Positions 52,181 through 62,812 of a DNA stretch of 64,000 bases are shown one piece after another. The position numbers were made by a program, and so were the translations under genes. The stretch's first letter is position 1. Every line of letters begins with the position of its first letter. This DNA comes from Candidatus Poribacteria bacterium (GTDB lineage Bacteria; Poribacteria; WGA-4E; PCPOR2b). The stretch spans positions 3,200,001-3,264,000 of the forward strand of contig OZ242351.1 of NCBI GenBank assembly GCA_965208675.1. Reading direction: 5' to 3'. The notes beneath the pieces were generated by a model that saw only the letters and a program-made list of their open reading frames with translations, searched no databases and was not told where the DNA came from.

Positions 52181-52211
52181 ATATCCACAAGTTATTCACA
52201 AATTATCCACA
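52181..52211. promoter_or_regulatory. DnaA-box cluster upstream of dnaA
   Basis: ATATCCACA (52181), TTATTCACA (52192), TTATCCACA (52203), phased 11 bp apart. Confidence 0.85.
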
Positions 52212-52492
52212 AAATTTATACGACCTAGAAACTTGGTGGTGGTAGTACTTTGTATAGCAAAAGAAGAGTATAAATGTCGGAAAAGATGATTGTCAAAAAT
52301 CCCGCTAAATTTTAATTTCGGTACGATTACCGTCATTCAATACACCTTGTGCAAAGTAACGTCTCAAGAATATATGACCTATATACATTGTTGCCGCGCT
52401 GCCCACGAAATAGGATGCAACTAGAATCCTAGTATATCATGATTTGGAACTTTACGCAAGATGTAAATCAGACTTGTTGAAGGGGATTATAC

Positions 52493-52522
52493 TTGACAAA
52501 TTCTAATCGAATAGACTATTAT
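52493..52522 (+). promoter_or_regulatory. Sigma-70-type promoter for rpmH
   Basis: TTGACA-N18-TATTAT, ~40 nt before the start. Confidence 0.5.
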
Positions 52523-52563
52523 TCCTCTGCTTTTCGCAGATTAATCTAGGAAGGAGCGAGCTA

Positions 52564-52698
52564 TTGAAACGTACATATCAACCTCACCGCCGCAAACGAA
52601 AAAACAAATTTGGCTTCCGTAAACGTATGTCCTATCGGGACGGGAGAAAAATCCTGTCACGAAGACGCGCGAAGGGGCGAAAAGTGCTCAGTGCCTAA
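52564..52698 (+). CDS. rpmH: 50S ribosomal protein L34 (absent from the ORF track)
   Basis: TTG start after AAGGAG; [44 protein letters not shown]; divergent from dnaA. Confidence 0.97.
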   Translation: MKRTYQPHRRKRKNKFGFRKRMSYRDGRKILSRRRAKGRKVLSA

Positions 52699-52718
52699 AT
52701 TACATATCTAAAGCATGC

Positions 52719-53726
52719 TTGACGATGATACTGCCGCCCGGTAAGCTAAGTATAGATTTCTTGCAGGAAATTCTACCCAAATTCCAGAACGTAAGCCGCC
52801 TTATCGCGGGACCAACCATCGGCGAAGATGCTGCAGTTATTGACTTTGGGGAAACTTGTCTTGTTGCAACGACAGATCCAATTACGTTTGCAACTGAAGA
52901 GATTGGTTGGTACCTTGTCTGCGTGAATAGCAACGACATTGCAACGATGGGTGCAGTTCCAAAATGGTTGTTAGTGTCCATTCTCTTGCCCGAAAATCAA
53001 ACAACCGAGGATTTGGTTCGTAAGATTATGCTGCAAATAACCTCGGCATGCAGGCAATTTGACATTACGCTATGCGGCGGGCATACTGAAGTCACTTGCG
53101 GCTTGAATCGGCCGATCGTCATCGGACAAATGCTCGGCGAGGTCAAAAAGGAGAACTTGATTACTGCAGCAGGAGCTCGCGCGGGGGACGATTTAATACT
53201 AACCAAAGGGATTGGCATCGAAGCCACAGCAATAATCGCGCGTGAGCAAGAGGGATATTTGTCTAACCGATTTTCGCCCGCATTCTTGAAACGGGCGAGA
53301 GGCTATTTGACAAATCCCGGCATTTCAGTCTTGAAAGAAGCTGCAATTGCTGCCGGCATCAAGGGCGTTCATGCGATGCACGATCCAACTGAAGGCGGTG
53401 TGGCGACGGCAATTCACGAGTTAGCGTATGCAACGAAGCTTGGTGCAATACTATGGGAGAAAAGACTGATTATCTCGGAAGAGACCGAACAACTGTGTGC
53501 AGAATTTCACCTCAATCCTTTGGGCGTTATCTCTTCGGGGGCATTACTCATTGCCGCGGCGCCAGCGTACACCAAAGAAATTTTGTTTGCTCTATCTAAC
53601 GAAAATATCTCTTGTGAGGTAGTTGGTCAATTATTAGCTCCGGATAGCGGACTCTGGCTTGAGACCGACGACCAACGCAGTCCGCTGCCTATTTTTGAAA
53701 CCGACGAGATTACTAAGATATTATAA
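52719..53726 (+). CDS. AIR synthase-related (HypE/ThiL-like) protein
   Basis: IGEDAAV, TTDPIT, NDIATMGA, GGHTEVT, AMHDPTEGG. Confidence 0.85.
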   Translation: MTMILPPGKLSIDFLQEILPKFQNVSRLIAGPTIGEDAAVIDFGETCLVATTDPITFATEEIGWYLVCVNSNDIATMGAVPKWLLVSILLPENQTTEDLVRKIMLQITSACRQFDITLCGGHTEVTCGLNRPIVIGQMLGEVKKENLITAAGARAGDDLILTKGIGIEATAIIAREQEGYLSNRFSPAFLKRARGYLTNPGISVLKEAAIAAGIKGVHAMHDPTEGGVATAIHELAYATKLGAILWEKRLIISEETEQLCAEFHLNPLGVISSGALLIAAAPAYTKEILFALSNENISCEVVGQLLAPDSGLWLETDDQRSPLPIFETDEITKIL

Positions 53727-53829
53727 ATTTTCCAAGTTTAATTACCGGATTTTCTGTCCAAAGGACTAGATGTTGGTTAATGAACAACAGCGCATGGAGG
53801 CGTGGATTGGACTGTCCGGAGTAATGTAA

Positions 53830-55080
53830 ATGCCCAGAGAGTTTGATGTTCCCCACTTCTACCGAAGTTCCATCATTTCCTTGGTCAAAAAGTCGCGCCG
53901 CATTACCGATCCGCGAAAGCGCGATCTCGCCCCTTCAGTGCTGGAATTTGGTCCGGTTCGTTTCAAAATTGCGAGACATTTCGGATTCTGTTACGGGGTT
54001 GAAAACGCTATTGAGATTGCCTATCGTGCGCTTGAAGAAAATCCGGATAAACGGGTGTTTCTACTGTCGGAAATGATCCACAATCCGCGTGTAAACGCAA
54101 ATTTGCGACAGCGCGGCGTGCAATTCCTCTGCGACACCGCAGGCAACCAACTCATTCCATTCGATACATTGACGCCGTATGATATTGTCATTGTGCCCGC
54201 GTTTGGTACCACGCTGGAAATACAAGCTGAACTAGATCGGCGCGGCATCAATCCCTATGCGTACAATACTACCTGTCCTTTTGTCGAGAAGGTGTGGAAA
54301 AAAAGCCGAGAGATAGGTCTGCAAAATTACACCGTTGTTGTCCACGGTAAGCGGTACCACGAGGAAACGCGTGCAACGTTTTCTCATGCTATAGCGGAAG
54401 CGCCTGTAGTCGTGGTGCGCGATTTGGAAGAAACGAAAAACCTCGCAAAGGTTATACGCGGGGAAGCATCCGCTGCATTTTTCTTTGCGTGTTTCGAGGA
54501 CCGATTCTCTGAGGGTTTCGACCCGAATCTCCATCTCCAGCGTATCGGCGTGGTTAATCAAACAACGATGCTCGCTACTGAGACACAGGCAATTGCCAAT
54601 CTGCTACGAGGAGCGATGACTGATCGGTATGGCGAGGAAAATATTGACGAACACTTTGCCGACGCGAAGGACACGCTTTGCTACGCCACGAAAGAAAACC
54701 AGGATGCAACTATTGCCCTTATCGAAGACGGCGGCGACTTGGCAGTAATTGTAGGGGGATACAATTCCTCCAATACTAGCCACCTGGTCGAACTGTGTGA
54801 ACAAAAAATGCCGACCTATTTCATCTGCGACGCCGACGAAATGATCTCGCCAACACGCATTCGACACTTAGGAATCGACACAAAAACCGTGCGTGAAACA
54901 GACAATTGGCTTCCGATGAATCCTCCCGGTTGCGCCCCAATCGACATCGTCCTCACAGCAGGTGCTTCTTGTCCCGATGCGCTACTCGACGACGTGTTGC
55001 GCAAAATTATTTCTTGGTTCCCCGAAACCTCTTCAATCGATACTGTGCTCGGTCCATACAACGATCAAATGTTAGATTAA
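53830..55080 (+). CDS. ispH: 4-hydroxy-3-methylbut-2-enyl diphosphate reductase
   Basis: GFCYGV, IHNP, TTCPFV, NQTTM, TLCYAT, GGYNSSNT. Confidence 0.95.
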   Translation: MPREFDVPHFYRSSIISLVKKSRRITDPRKRDLAPSVLEFGPVRFKIARHFGFCYGVENAIEIAYRALEENPDKRVFLLSEMIHNPRVNANLRQRGVQFLCDTAGNQLIPFDTLTPYDIVIVPAFGTTLEIQAELDRRGINPYAYNTTCPFVEKVWKKSREIGLQNYTVVVHGKRYHEETRATFSHAIAEAPVVVVRDLEETKNLAKVIRGEASAAFFFACFEDRFSEGFDPNLHLQRIGVVNQTTMLATETQAIANLLRGAMTDRYGEENIDEHFADAKDTLCYATKENQDATIALIEDGGDLAVIVGGYNSSNTSHLVELCEQKMPTYFICDADEMISPTRIRHLGIDTKTVRETDNWLPMNPPGCAPIDIVLTAGASCPDALLDDVLRKIISWFPETSSIDTVLGPYNDQMLD

Positions 55081-55178
55081 ATCATAATTCTGTCTGCCTC
55101 GAATGATACAGTCGAACATCAGGACAAGCATATCCCCACCGTCTAACGAAAGCAACTTCAGCAACACTTCATTCAACC

Positions 55179-58100
55179 TCACTTCAACATAGTACAATCG
55201 AATACCATACCGACGCTTCCCTCGAACTTCACTCGCACGCGGTCTTTATCGCGGGTAAGCTCAATAGGAATATCGTAAGTTACATCAAAAAATTCACCGG
55301 GGTGATTAATGTTGAGGGTTTGCCTAGCAATACGCGAATCCTCCACAAAAATGTCAAAAGTACGCCCATCCTCACTGCCCCAGTAGGTAACGCTTAGCGT
55401 CATCGGTACGTCTGCAAGAACAGCCAACTCGTAACTAAACCATCCGCCTTCTGATGTGTTTCGCCAGTGTCGGCCCATGTATTGTGAAGCTGAACTGTGT
55501 TCGCTCTCGAGCTTATGTAAATATTCGGACTCAATATTCGAAATCACCTTGACGGTATCGACGGTTCGCCTCAATTTTTCCTTTCTTTGTTGGTCTTCGG
55601 CTAAATAGTCTGCATGGGCTTTGCTGCCTCGTTGGTATACACGCCAATAAAGCGCGTAGCGATCATCAAATAGTTGATAAAACGGGATGAGCGCCACGTC
55701 TTCATTTTGCCCCACGGTGCGAAAGGTCAGCCGTTTTCCTTCGACGGGCTGTATCCATTTATTAAGGTCATCCGAATCGGCAATGAGAACCGGCGCATCA
55801 ACCGGCTCCATCATACTCGCCTCACCAGCTTTGACGCGGGGGACATCTTCCTTACCCAATTCCCCTGCCAACACCAACGGGCCATACATAATGGCGGTGA
55901 GTGTTTCATCGTCCGGCATGGGGTGGAGATGTAAACACATCGGCAAACGCAGTTTCAACGTGTCGCCATCCTCCCATATACGTTTGATCGTCAAAAAATC
56001 TTCGTGGCCGGAAGAGACCTGTAGTGAATTGCCGTTGAGCAACATCTCGCCGCCATGTACTGCCCAGTAAGGTATGCGAAAATGTATGGAGAATTCGATA
56101 GGGTTCTCTAATGACAGTACAATATGGGTGTAATCCTCTTCAGGAAAGTTGGTTTCCTGGCGTAGGCGGAGTCCTTTTTCTCGCCACGACAACTCTGATG
56201 CTATAAACTGGTTTATGTAAAGTTCCTCGCCATTATGGAAATAAATGCTGTCGCCAGATTTGGCGAATGACTCGATTCCTGTACCTACACAGCACATGAA
56301 GGCGTCTTTTCGTTCTGGGGTGTCGTCGCTTTCAGGCATGCTAAAGCATTTGAAGTAGCCTGAAGCCATAGGTACATACCACATCAACATGCCGTCATCG
56401 GGATTTTGCGTGGGGAGAATCCCGTTGAATAACGCTCGTTCATAGTAATCCGCATATCGCGCACCGGCAGTCCATCCAAAAAGATGGCGCGTAAGTTTCA
56501 ACATGTTGTAGGTCGTACAGGATTCATGCGTTCGATTGCTTAGTTGGCACGACAATTCATTCGACTGTTGCCAGTGTTCATGATCCGTTGATCCGCCGGT
56601 AACATACGAGCGGGTATTGACAATTTGATTCCAAAAGAAATCAACAATGTCGTGATAACGCTTCTCGCCAAATAGTTCATACCGGTGGGCAGCGCCAAGA
56701 ATTTTGGGTATAGTCGAGTTGCCATGAAGCCAGATTAAGATGTCATCGTCGCCTTCAGCTAGCGGGTCAAAGACTCGGTTATGCTCAAATCGCATAGCCA
56801 ATCTCAGATGATCCCGGTCTTGGGTTACGGCATACAGTTTCAACAGCAGCCCCTTCATCCCGCCGTGCTCAATATTTAGAACCTCCTGCAAATGATCTTC
56901 ATCCAATCGATTTATACGCCATTTTGCCCACGCGGCCATATTTTTGAGCACGTCCAACGCTTGTTGGTTGCGAATAAGATGGTATACATTATAAAGCCCA
57001 TCCATTATTTTATGGATGACGTACCATGACACTCTCGAGATGCCGATACGCCCAGGCTCACCGGCTTCGATGTCGTCAAAGTAATCTTCCGGAAATGCGC
57101 TGAGATAACCGCCTTTGATGTCCTGTTGGCATTTAGCCAATTCCGCTACTATATAATTGGCTTTGTCCTTGAGCACTGCATCGTCGTCGCTGATATACAT
57201 TAAGGCGCAGGCTGTGAGGTAATGCCCAATGAAGGCGCCGCGGAGGATAAAATCCGGACTTTCCCATCCGCCGAGCGGCTCGGCGGACGACGGCATACCC
57301 GCCGTTACGCGAAACATGTGCAGCAAGCGGTCGGCATCTAGTGCATGAAGGTATTTGCCGTCTCGCAGCATAGCATCTTTAAACGGGCCATCGTGCAAAC
57401 GCACGTGCTGCAAATCAAATGGTTGGGCTTGTAATTGTACGGGATTGGCACTTGGAACGTTGTCGCTGCGGACAGATGCTTTTTGGCCAGTTGGATAGAA
57501 CGGGTAAAAATCATTATTGGGAGTAATGTCAAACACTTCATCTCCCCGCCAACTGAGAGTGTATTCCATTTTGTCAGTGATTTCAACTTCTTGATATACC
57601 GGTAACTCGTATGATAAGTCAATATTGCCCGGTAATTTTTCTTTCGGGATAACGATAAAATCACCAATTTTGTCTGGTGCATACTCTTCATCATTTACGG
57701 ACACGCGAACTGTGTCTTTGGGCGTCCACCGGGGTATCCTTATAAACGTATTTTCCTGGTTTTTGGGACTGATTTTGACCTTCGCCTGATGCGATCTCGT
57801 ACCGGTGATTTTTAGGTTTTCATCTTCGTAATCGAGATGAAAGTATATGGTTAATCCTTTATCGTCGGCTACGGCGATATGATGGTAGATATCAATGAGC
57901 GAGTGTAAAGCCGCGGCGGTGACATCGGTGACGGATTGTTTGCCCGCATGCGGCATGGCGTGCAGGCCGCCAATAGCGCCGATAATCCGCTCTCTCACAT
58001 CGGCCTGTGCACCATCCGAATTGGACGGTTCCAGCGGAGGACTATCGGTAATCTGCGAAGGAATGAGGCGGGCTCTGACGTTATGTTCGACATCGTCGAG

Positions 58101-59075
58101 AAACTCGCTGTAGCCGTGGCGAACGGCGAGCCAGAGTGCAATCTGAGCGGCGTCGCCTGGAGAAGTTACTTCACCTTTGTGGGCACTATCGTCTCCGAGG
58201 TCATGGCATGTGTAACCAGATTTTTTGACAATCTTTGGTATGGTTTCTCGATAAGTGTTAGCGACCACATCAATATACTTGTGTTGACCGGAGATTTCGC
58301 CAAAGCGCAACAACCCGCGCAGCGTGTTGAGATAGGAGTGCGTATGTCCGCGCATGATGAAAGGGTCTTCTGTGGCGTCCCACCTTGCGTGGTAGCGTCC
58401 ATCTGGCCTGGTGGTTTGAGCCAGGTGATATCGAGCGAATTTCTCCGCTAGTTTCAACGCTAAGGCGTCCTTTGATATTTCATAATACTCAATTAGCGCT
58501 TCTATCAGGCGGCCGTGGGATACAACTGCGGAAAGCGCCCAAGCAGATTGGATTTCGGGGCTGCCTGCTTCTCTATAACGATGGGTCGCTTCGACATTCC
58601 AGATGCCTCTGCCAGGGTCAGTCTCCCAATGTTCGTAGGGATACAGAATATGGTCGATGGACTCCAACATCAAATGCGCTTTTTCAATCGCCCATTGGTC
58701 GTTACGGTATTTGATAAGTCCGGTGAGGGCTAGGAGGCTTTCTCGAGGAGAATGGAAGTCGAGGATTTCGCCATCGACGCGGGGCATGTCGAGCGGGCGG
58801 AGGCACAAATGATCCGGATTGTCGTAAAACCTCTTTAGGTTCTCCAGCATGGCTGCTTCTATATCCGGCGGAATTTTGAAGCCCGTCGCGTCTTCCAGAC
58901 GGAGCAAAGCATCCCACCATCGGCCGATATTATGACCCGGACCGAAGAAACGGATTTCTGAACCGTAGTCGTTACCCACGAAAATCCAGAAGTTGGGCAA
59001 GTAGTTTTCATCCGGCGAAAGCATATGAATTAAGTTGTGCCCTGCTAAATTCATGGACTCCTTCAAATTCACCAT
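55179..59075 (-). CDS. GH127/GH146-like beta-L-arabinofuranosidase fused to a second, divergent GH127-like module
   Basis: C-terminal half: GGWE, GHYL, HESCTTYNMLKL, YYERAL, CCVGTG; N-terminal half has helical-barrel plus IRIP.W sandwich pattern. Confidence 0.8.
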   Translation of the reverse strand: MVNLKESMNLAGHNLIHMLSPDENYLPNFWIFVGNDYGSEIRFFGPGHNIGRWWDALLRLEDATGFKIPPDIEAAMLENLKRFYDNPDHLCLRPLDMPRVDGEILDFHSPRESLLALTGLIKYRNDQWAIEKAHLMLESIDHILYPYEHWETDPGRGIWNVEATHRYREAGSPEIQSAWALSAVVSHGRLIEALIEYYEISKDALALKLAEKFARYHLAQTTRPDGRYHARWDATEDPFIMRGHTHSYLNTLRGLLRFGEISGQHKYIDVVANTYRETIPKIVKKSGYTCHDLGDDSAHKGEVTSPGDAAQIALWLAVRHGYSEFLDDVEHNVRARLIPSQITDSPPLEPSNSDGAQADVRERIIGAIGGLHAMPHAGKQSVTDVTAAALHSLIDIYHHIAVADDKGLTIYFHLDYEDENLKITGTRSHQAKVKISPKNQENTFIRIPRWTPKDTVRVSVNDEEYAPDKIGDFIVIPKEKLPGNIDLSYELPVYQEVEITDKMEYTLSWRGDEVFDITPNNDFYPFYPTGQKASVRSDNVPSANPVQLQAQPFDLQHVRLHDGPFKDAMLRDGKYLHALDADRLLHMFRVTAGMPSSAEPLGGWESPDFILRGAFIGHYLTACALMYISDDDAVLKDKANYIVAELAKCQQDIKGGYLSAFPEDYFDDIEAGEPGRIGISRVSWYVIHKIMDGLYNVYHLIRNQQALDVLKNMAAWAKWRINRLDEDHLQEVLNIEHGGMKGLLLKLYAVTQDRDHLRLAMRFEHNRVFDPLAEGDDDILIWLHGNSTIPKILGAAHRYELFGEKRYHDIVDFFWNQIVNTRSYVTGGSTDHEHWQQSNELSCQLSNRTHESCTTYNMLKLTRHLFGWTAGARYADYYERALFNGILPTQNPDDGMLMWYVPMASGYFKCFSMPESDDTPERKDAFMCCVGTGIESFAKSGDSIYFHNGEELYINQFIASELSWREKGLRLRQETNFPEEDYTHIVLSLENPIEFSIHFRIPYWAVHGGEMLLNGNSLQVSSGHEDFLTIKRIWEDGDTLKLRLPMCLHLHPMPDDETLTAIMYGPLVLAGELGKEDVPRVKAGEASMMEPVDAPVLIADSDDLNKWIQPVEGKRLTFRTVGQNEDVALIPFYQLFDDRYALYWRVYQRGSKAHADYLAEDQQRKEKLRRTVDTVKVISNIESEYLHKLESEHSSASQYMGRHWRNTSEGGWFSYELAVLADVPMTLSVTYWGSEDGRTFDIFVEDSRIARQTLNINHPGEFFDVTYDIPIELTRDKDRVRVKFEGSVGMVFDCTMLK

Positions 59076-59102
59076 TGTGTAATCCTCCCCCTTTCAGTAA
59101 AA

Positions 59103-60077
59103 CTACCCAAAGGCGACGCCCAATTTGACGCTCCGTTCAGGGTGCTTGTCCATCTCTATGTAAGCTTCAACTGAATCTTCAAACGGCACCACCGGGTCAA
59201 CAACGTCTTCGCAGTCAAATCTGCCGTCTTCCAGCCACTTCCAGCAGGTTTCGAAGATACGTTTGAAATCCCAACGCGGATGATCGCGGTTCGGATCGCT
59301 GTTGGCGCGTGCGAAGATGATGTTAGGAATGTTGACATGTGCGACAGCACCGAGGTCAAGTCCGCCTGTACACATTTTCGCGCGTCCAGCGTAGACGATT
59401 GTCCCTTCAAAAGCGACGCCGCGAAGCGCATCATCAAGGGCTTCGTACACTGCACTCGTTTCTACAGCCACATCAACGCCAAGTCCGCCAGTCGCTTCTT
59501 TAAGTACCTCGCCGGTATTTGAGTCAGCGGGATCAATGACAAGCTCCGCCCCAGTCTTTTCCGCGACCTTCCGCCGTCTTTCGAGCGGGTCTACGGCAGC
59601 GACAAAATCAGCCCCCGCAATGCGTGCCATCTGCACCGTCATCAACCCTATTGCGCCAAGTCCAAAGACAGCCACCCGATCGCCAACGCGGACCTTTCCA
59701 TCACGAATCGCAGACATTGCGAAGTGCGCCGGATCATAGCAGACCGCCTCTTTCCACGTCATCCGGTCAGGCATCTTAACGACATTCCCAGCAGGCAACG
59801 TATGCGTCTCCCTAAGATGTCCGTGATTGGAGACGCGTTCCCCAATCTCGCAACCTTCAACCTCTTCCCCGATTTCAATAATTTTTCCGACGTACATATT
59901 CCCAAGGCCCATCGGAAAAGTTTCGCCGTCGTGTGCGTAGTATGCTGTGAGTTCGGTGCCGCGTTTGGGTGAGCCGAACTCGACTTGAACCCGCACACTG
60001 TCCGCAGGAATGGGACCATCTTCATACTCTCTCAAGACCGGCTGACCGGGGGCAACCGCGACTAATTCTCTTGGCAT
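59103..60077 (-). CDS. MDR-family (zinc-binding ADH-like) oxidoreductase
   Basis: GTEL, GLGAIG, GVDVAVE; canonical Zn cysteines not evident. Confidence 0.82.
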   Translation of the reverse strand: MPRELVAVAPGQPVLREYEDGPIPADSVRVQVEFGSPKRGTELTAYYAHDGETFPMGLGNMYVGKIIEIGEEVEGCEIGERVSNHGHLRETHTLPAGNVVKMPDRMTWKEAVCYDPAHFAMSAIRDGKVRVGDRVAVFGLGAIGLMTVQMARIAGADFVAAVDPLERRRKVAEKTGAELVIDPADSNTGEVLKEATGGLGVDVAVETSAVYEALDDALRGVAFEGTIVYAGRAKMCTGGLDLGAVAHVNIPNIIFARANSDPNRDHPRWDFKRIFETCWKWLEDGRFDCEDVVDPVVPFEDSVEAYIEMDKHPERSVKLGVAFG

Positions 60078-60206
60078 CTCTTTCTCCTTAAAGTAGTAGG
60101 CACTCGCCGTGTGCCGTAAACCTAAAACAGGCCATTAATTGATGCGGAATCTGCGATTAATGCATCCGACGGTGAATTGCTTTCCTCGCCTCTTGACACA
60201 CGCCAT

Positions 60207-60235
60207 ATTATAGCACGATGCGGGGATTTAGTTAA
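60207..60235 (-). promoter_or_regulatory. Sigma-70-type promoter with extended -10
   Basis: TTAACT-N17-TATAAT with TGn on the minus strand. Confidence 0.5.
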
Positions 60236-60497
60236 GACGATTTGTGTACGTGTAACAGCCGCTTGTTCAACAACTTTCGAACCGGTTTCTTTTTCCCATT
60301 ACGCAGGAATGATATAATCGCCGGACTCAATGCAGCATCGAATTACATTGTTTAGGTGTGTACGTCCAAGAACTTGGTAAGCTTTTCAGTTTACCTTTCA
60401 CCGTAATCGTGCTAAAATGGCAAAAATTCCGGTGTATCAATTGAGGTCGGACAGCAATTGTAATGTGACAAACCGATAAAGGAGAAACGCACGCAAA

Positions 60498-61472
60498 ATG
60501 AGACGAGTTGGTTTTGGTGACTTCGTTTATGAAGAAGTTCGGGAATGGGGACAATTTCCTGCGGACTGGCCGTTCGAAGATAGTCCTGGCGTTGCTGTTG
60601 ATTCACAAGACAGAGTTTACGCCTTTACCCGCGAGACAACCGGTATGGTCGTTTTAGACGCAGACGGCGCCGTCTTGCAGACGTGGGGGAGGGACCAATT
60701 TAAGCGGCCGCACGGCATATTCATTGGTCCGGATGACGCGATATACTGCGCTGACGATTGGGGGCATTCGATTCGGAAATTTACGACTGACGGCGAGTTG
60801 CTCATGGAAATCGAGACCAAAGACCATCCTGCGGATACCGGCTATGTGTGGGGGGACCAGGCATCAGCCGTACGGCGCGGAGGCCCGCCGTTTAACTTTC
60901 CGACGTGGGCAACGCTATCCCCGGAAGGCGATTTGTACGTAACCGACGGCTATGGCAACGCTCGGGTACATAAATTCACCGCCGATGGCGAGTTGCTCTT
61001 TTCGTGGGGTGAACCCGGCGACGGCCCGGGCCAGTTTGTCACGCCGCACAGTGTCTGTGTAGATAAAAGCGGTTTAGTTTATGTTGCTGATCGGCAGAAC
61101 CTTCGTATTCAAGTTTTTAATTCGCAAGGTGAATTTATCAATCAATGGAGCGACATTTATTGGCCTTGCGATATGTGCCTCGATCCTAACGAGAATATGT
61201 ATGTCGCGGAGGTCGGCGGGGTGTTCATGAGCTCGGGCAAAGTTCCCGATCACGACAATCCGTCGGCGCGAGTGACCGTGCGCAACTTGAATGGTGAAAT
61301 TTTGTCTGAATGGGGGGCAGCCGATCCACTTGGAGAAGGTAGATACTTCGCACCGCATAGCATCGCCATTGACTCGCAGGGAAGCCTTTATATCGGTGAA
61401 GTTTCGACATCATACACCGGCGGCGCCGCACCCGCTGATTGGCACGCGTTTCGCAAATTCGCTAGAATCTGA
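60498..61472 (+). CDS. NHL-repeat protein (PAL-like family)
   Basis: FKRPHGI, YVTDGYGNARVHKF, GQFVTPHSV, VADRQNLRIQVF. Confidence 0.88.
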   Translation: MRRVGFGDFVYEEVREWGQFPADWPFEDSPGVAVDSQDRVYAFTRETTGMVVLDADGAVLQTWGRDQFKRPHGIFIGPDDAIYCADDWGHSIRKFTTDGELLMEIETKDHPADTGYVWGDQASAVRRGGPPFNFPTWATLSPEGDLYVTDGYGNARVHKFTADGELLFSWGEPGDGPGQFVTPHSVCVDKSGLVYVADRQNLRIQVFNSQGEFINQWSDIYWPCDMCLDPNENMYVAEVGGVFMSSGKVPDHDNPSARVTVRNLNGEILSEWGAADPLGEGRYFAPHSIAIDSQGSLYIGEVSTSYTGGAAPADWHAFRKFARI

Positions 61473-61557
61473 CAAATCGGTTACACTTTCATCAGCCCAA
61501 CGTTGAGCGCAAGAAGAGGCGTACCTGACCGAGAAAAAGGTGCGAAAAGAGGAATCC

Positions 61558-62790
61558 ATGTCTGAAAGCGACAGAACCACATTAGATCGACACCTGCTTT
61601 CGCCCGATTTCTATGCGAATCCGTATCCGATTTACCACCAGCTTCGCGACGCCGATCCAGTACATTGGAGTGATGCCTGGAACAGTTGGGTGCTTACACG
61701 CTATGATGATGTCACCGCCACCTTGCGTGACTTTTCCCGCTTCTCAAATGTGGGCAGGATTGACCTGTTTCTCGAACAGTTGCCAGAGAATGGACGCGGT
61801 AAATTGGGTCCCCTCAAGGGGCACTTTTCAAGGGCGATAACGCACTTGGATCCACCGGATCATACGCGAATCCGGAAGTTGTTGAAAACAGTCCTTTCGA
61901 CGCGCTTAGTTCAGAGCATGCGCCCGCGTATTGAAGCGCTTGTTGACGAGCTAATCAGTAAGGTCAAAGACGCCGGGCGGATGGATGTCATTCGCGATTT
62001 TGCCTATCCACTGCCCGCCATCGTGCTCGGTGAAATGCTCGGCATACCGCCGGAAGACCGCGACCAATATAAGAGATGGTCAGACGATATCGGCGTAGGA
62101 CTTGTTGGAACAGGCCGCGCCGCGCTGGACAACGTTGAGCGGGCACGCCAAAGCCTATACGAACTGACACATTATCTCCGCCCACTTGTCACAGAACGCC
62201 GCCAACAACCCCGGAACGACCTCATCAGCAATCTTATTGCCATTGAGGTGAGGGGCGATCGACTCACCGAAAGCGAGCTGTTTTCAACCTGTATTACACT
62301 CATCCTCGCCGGGCACGGGACGACAACCAACTTGATTGGCAACGGTTTATTGGCGTTACTGCGCCACCCTGACCAACTAGAAACTTTGAGAAGCGACCCG
62401 GCTTTAATAGAAGCGGCTGTGGAGGAACTGCTGCGATACGATAGCCCGCTCCAGCGGATTTGGCGGATGGCTAAGGAAGATGTCGAGATTGGCGGCAATC
62501 AGATACGCAAGGGACAGATTGTCTTACCGACGATGGGCGCCGCAAATCGTGACCCGGCAGAATTTTCTGAACCTGACCGGCTGAATATCAGGCGGCCGGA
62601 TAATCCACATGTTGCACTCGGCACCGGTATCCATCTATGTGTGGGCGGACCGCTAGCACGCGTGCAGGGCGCAATTGCCATTAATGCGCTGCTTCAACGC
62701 CTGCCTTCGCTGCAGCTTGAGACGGAAGCACTAGAGTGGGAAGCAAATCTGTTTCATCGCGGCTTGAAATCGCTGCCTATTGTGTTTTAG
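61558..62790 (+). CDS. Cytochrome P450
   Basis: DPPDHTRIR, EELLR (ExxR), ANRDP, heme motif GTGIHLCVG; GAGG before ATG 61558. Confidence 0.95.
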   Translation: MSESDRTTLDRHLLSPDFYANPYPIYHQLRDADPVHWSDAWNSWVLTRYDDVTATLRDFSRFSNVGRIDLFLEQLPENGRGKLGPLKGHFSRAITHLDPPDHTRIRKLLKTVLSTRLVQSMRPRIEALVDELISKVKDAGRMDVIRDFAYPLPAIVLGEMLGIPPEDRDQYKRWSDDIGVGLVGTGRAALDNVERARQSLYELTHYLRPLVTERRQQPRNDLISNLIAIEVRGDRLTESELFSTCITLILAGHGTTTNLIGNGLLALLRHPDQLETLRSDPALIEAAVEELLRYDSPLQRIWRMAKEDVEIGGNQIRKGQIVLPTMGAANRDPAEFSEPDRLNIRRPDNPHVALGTGIHLCVGGPLARVQGAIAINALLQRLPSLQLETEALEWEANLFHRGLKSLPIVF

Positions 62791-62812
62791 GGGCGGTGGC
62801 GTATCAATCGGC

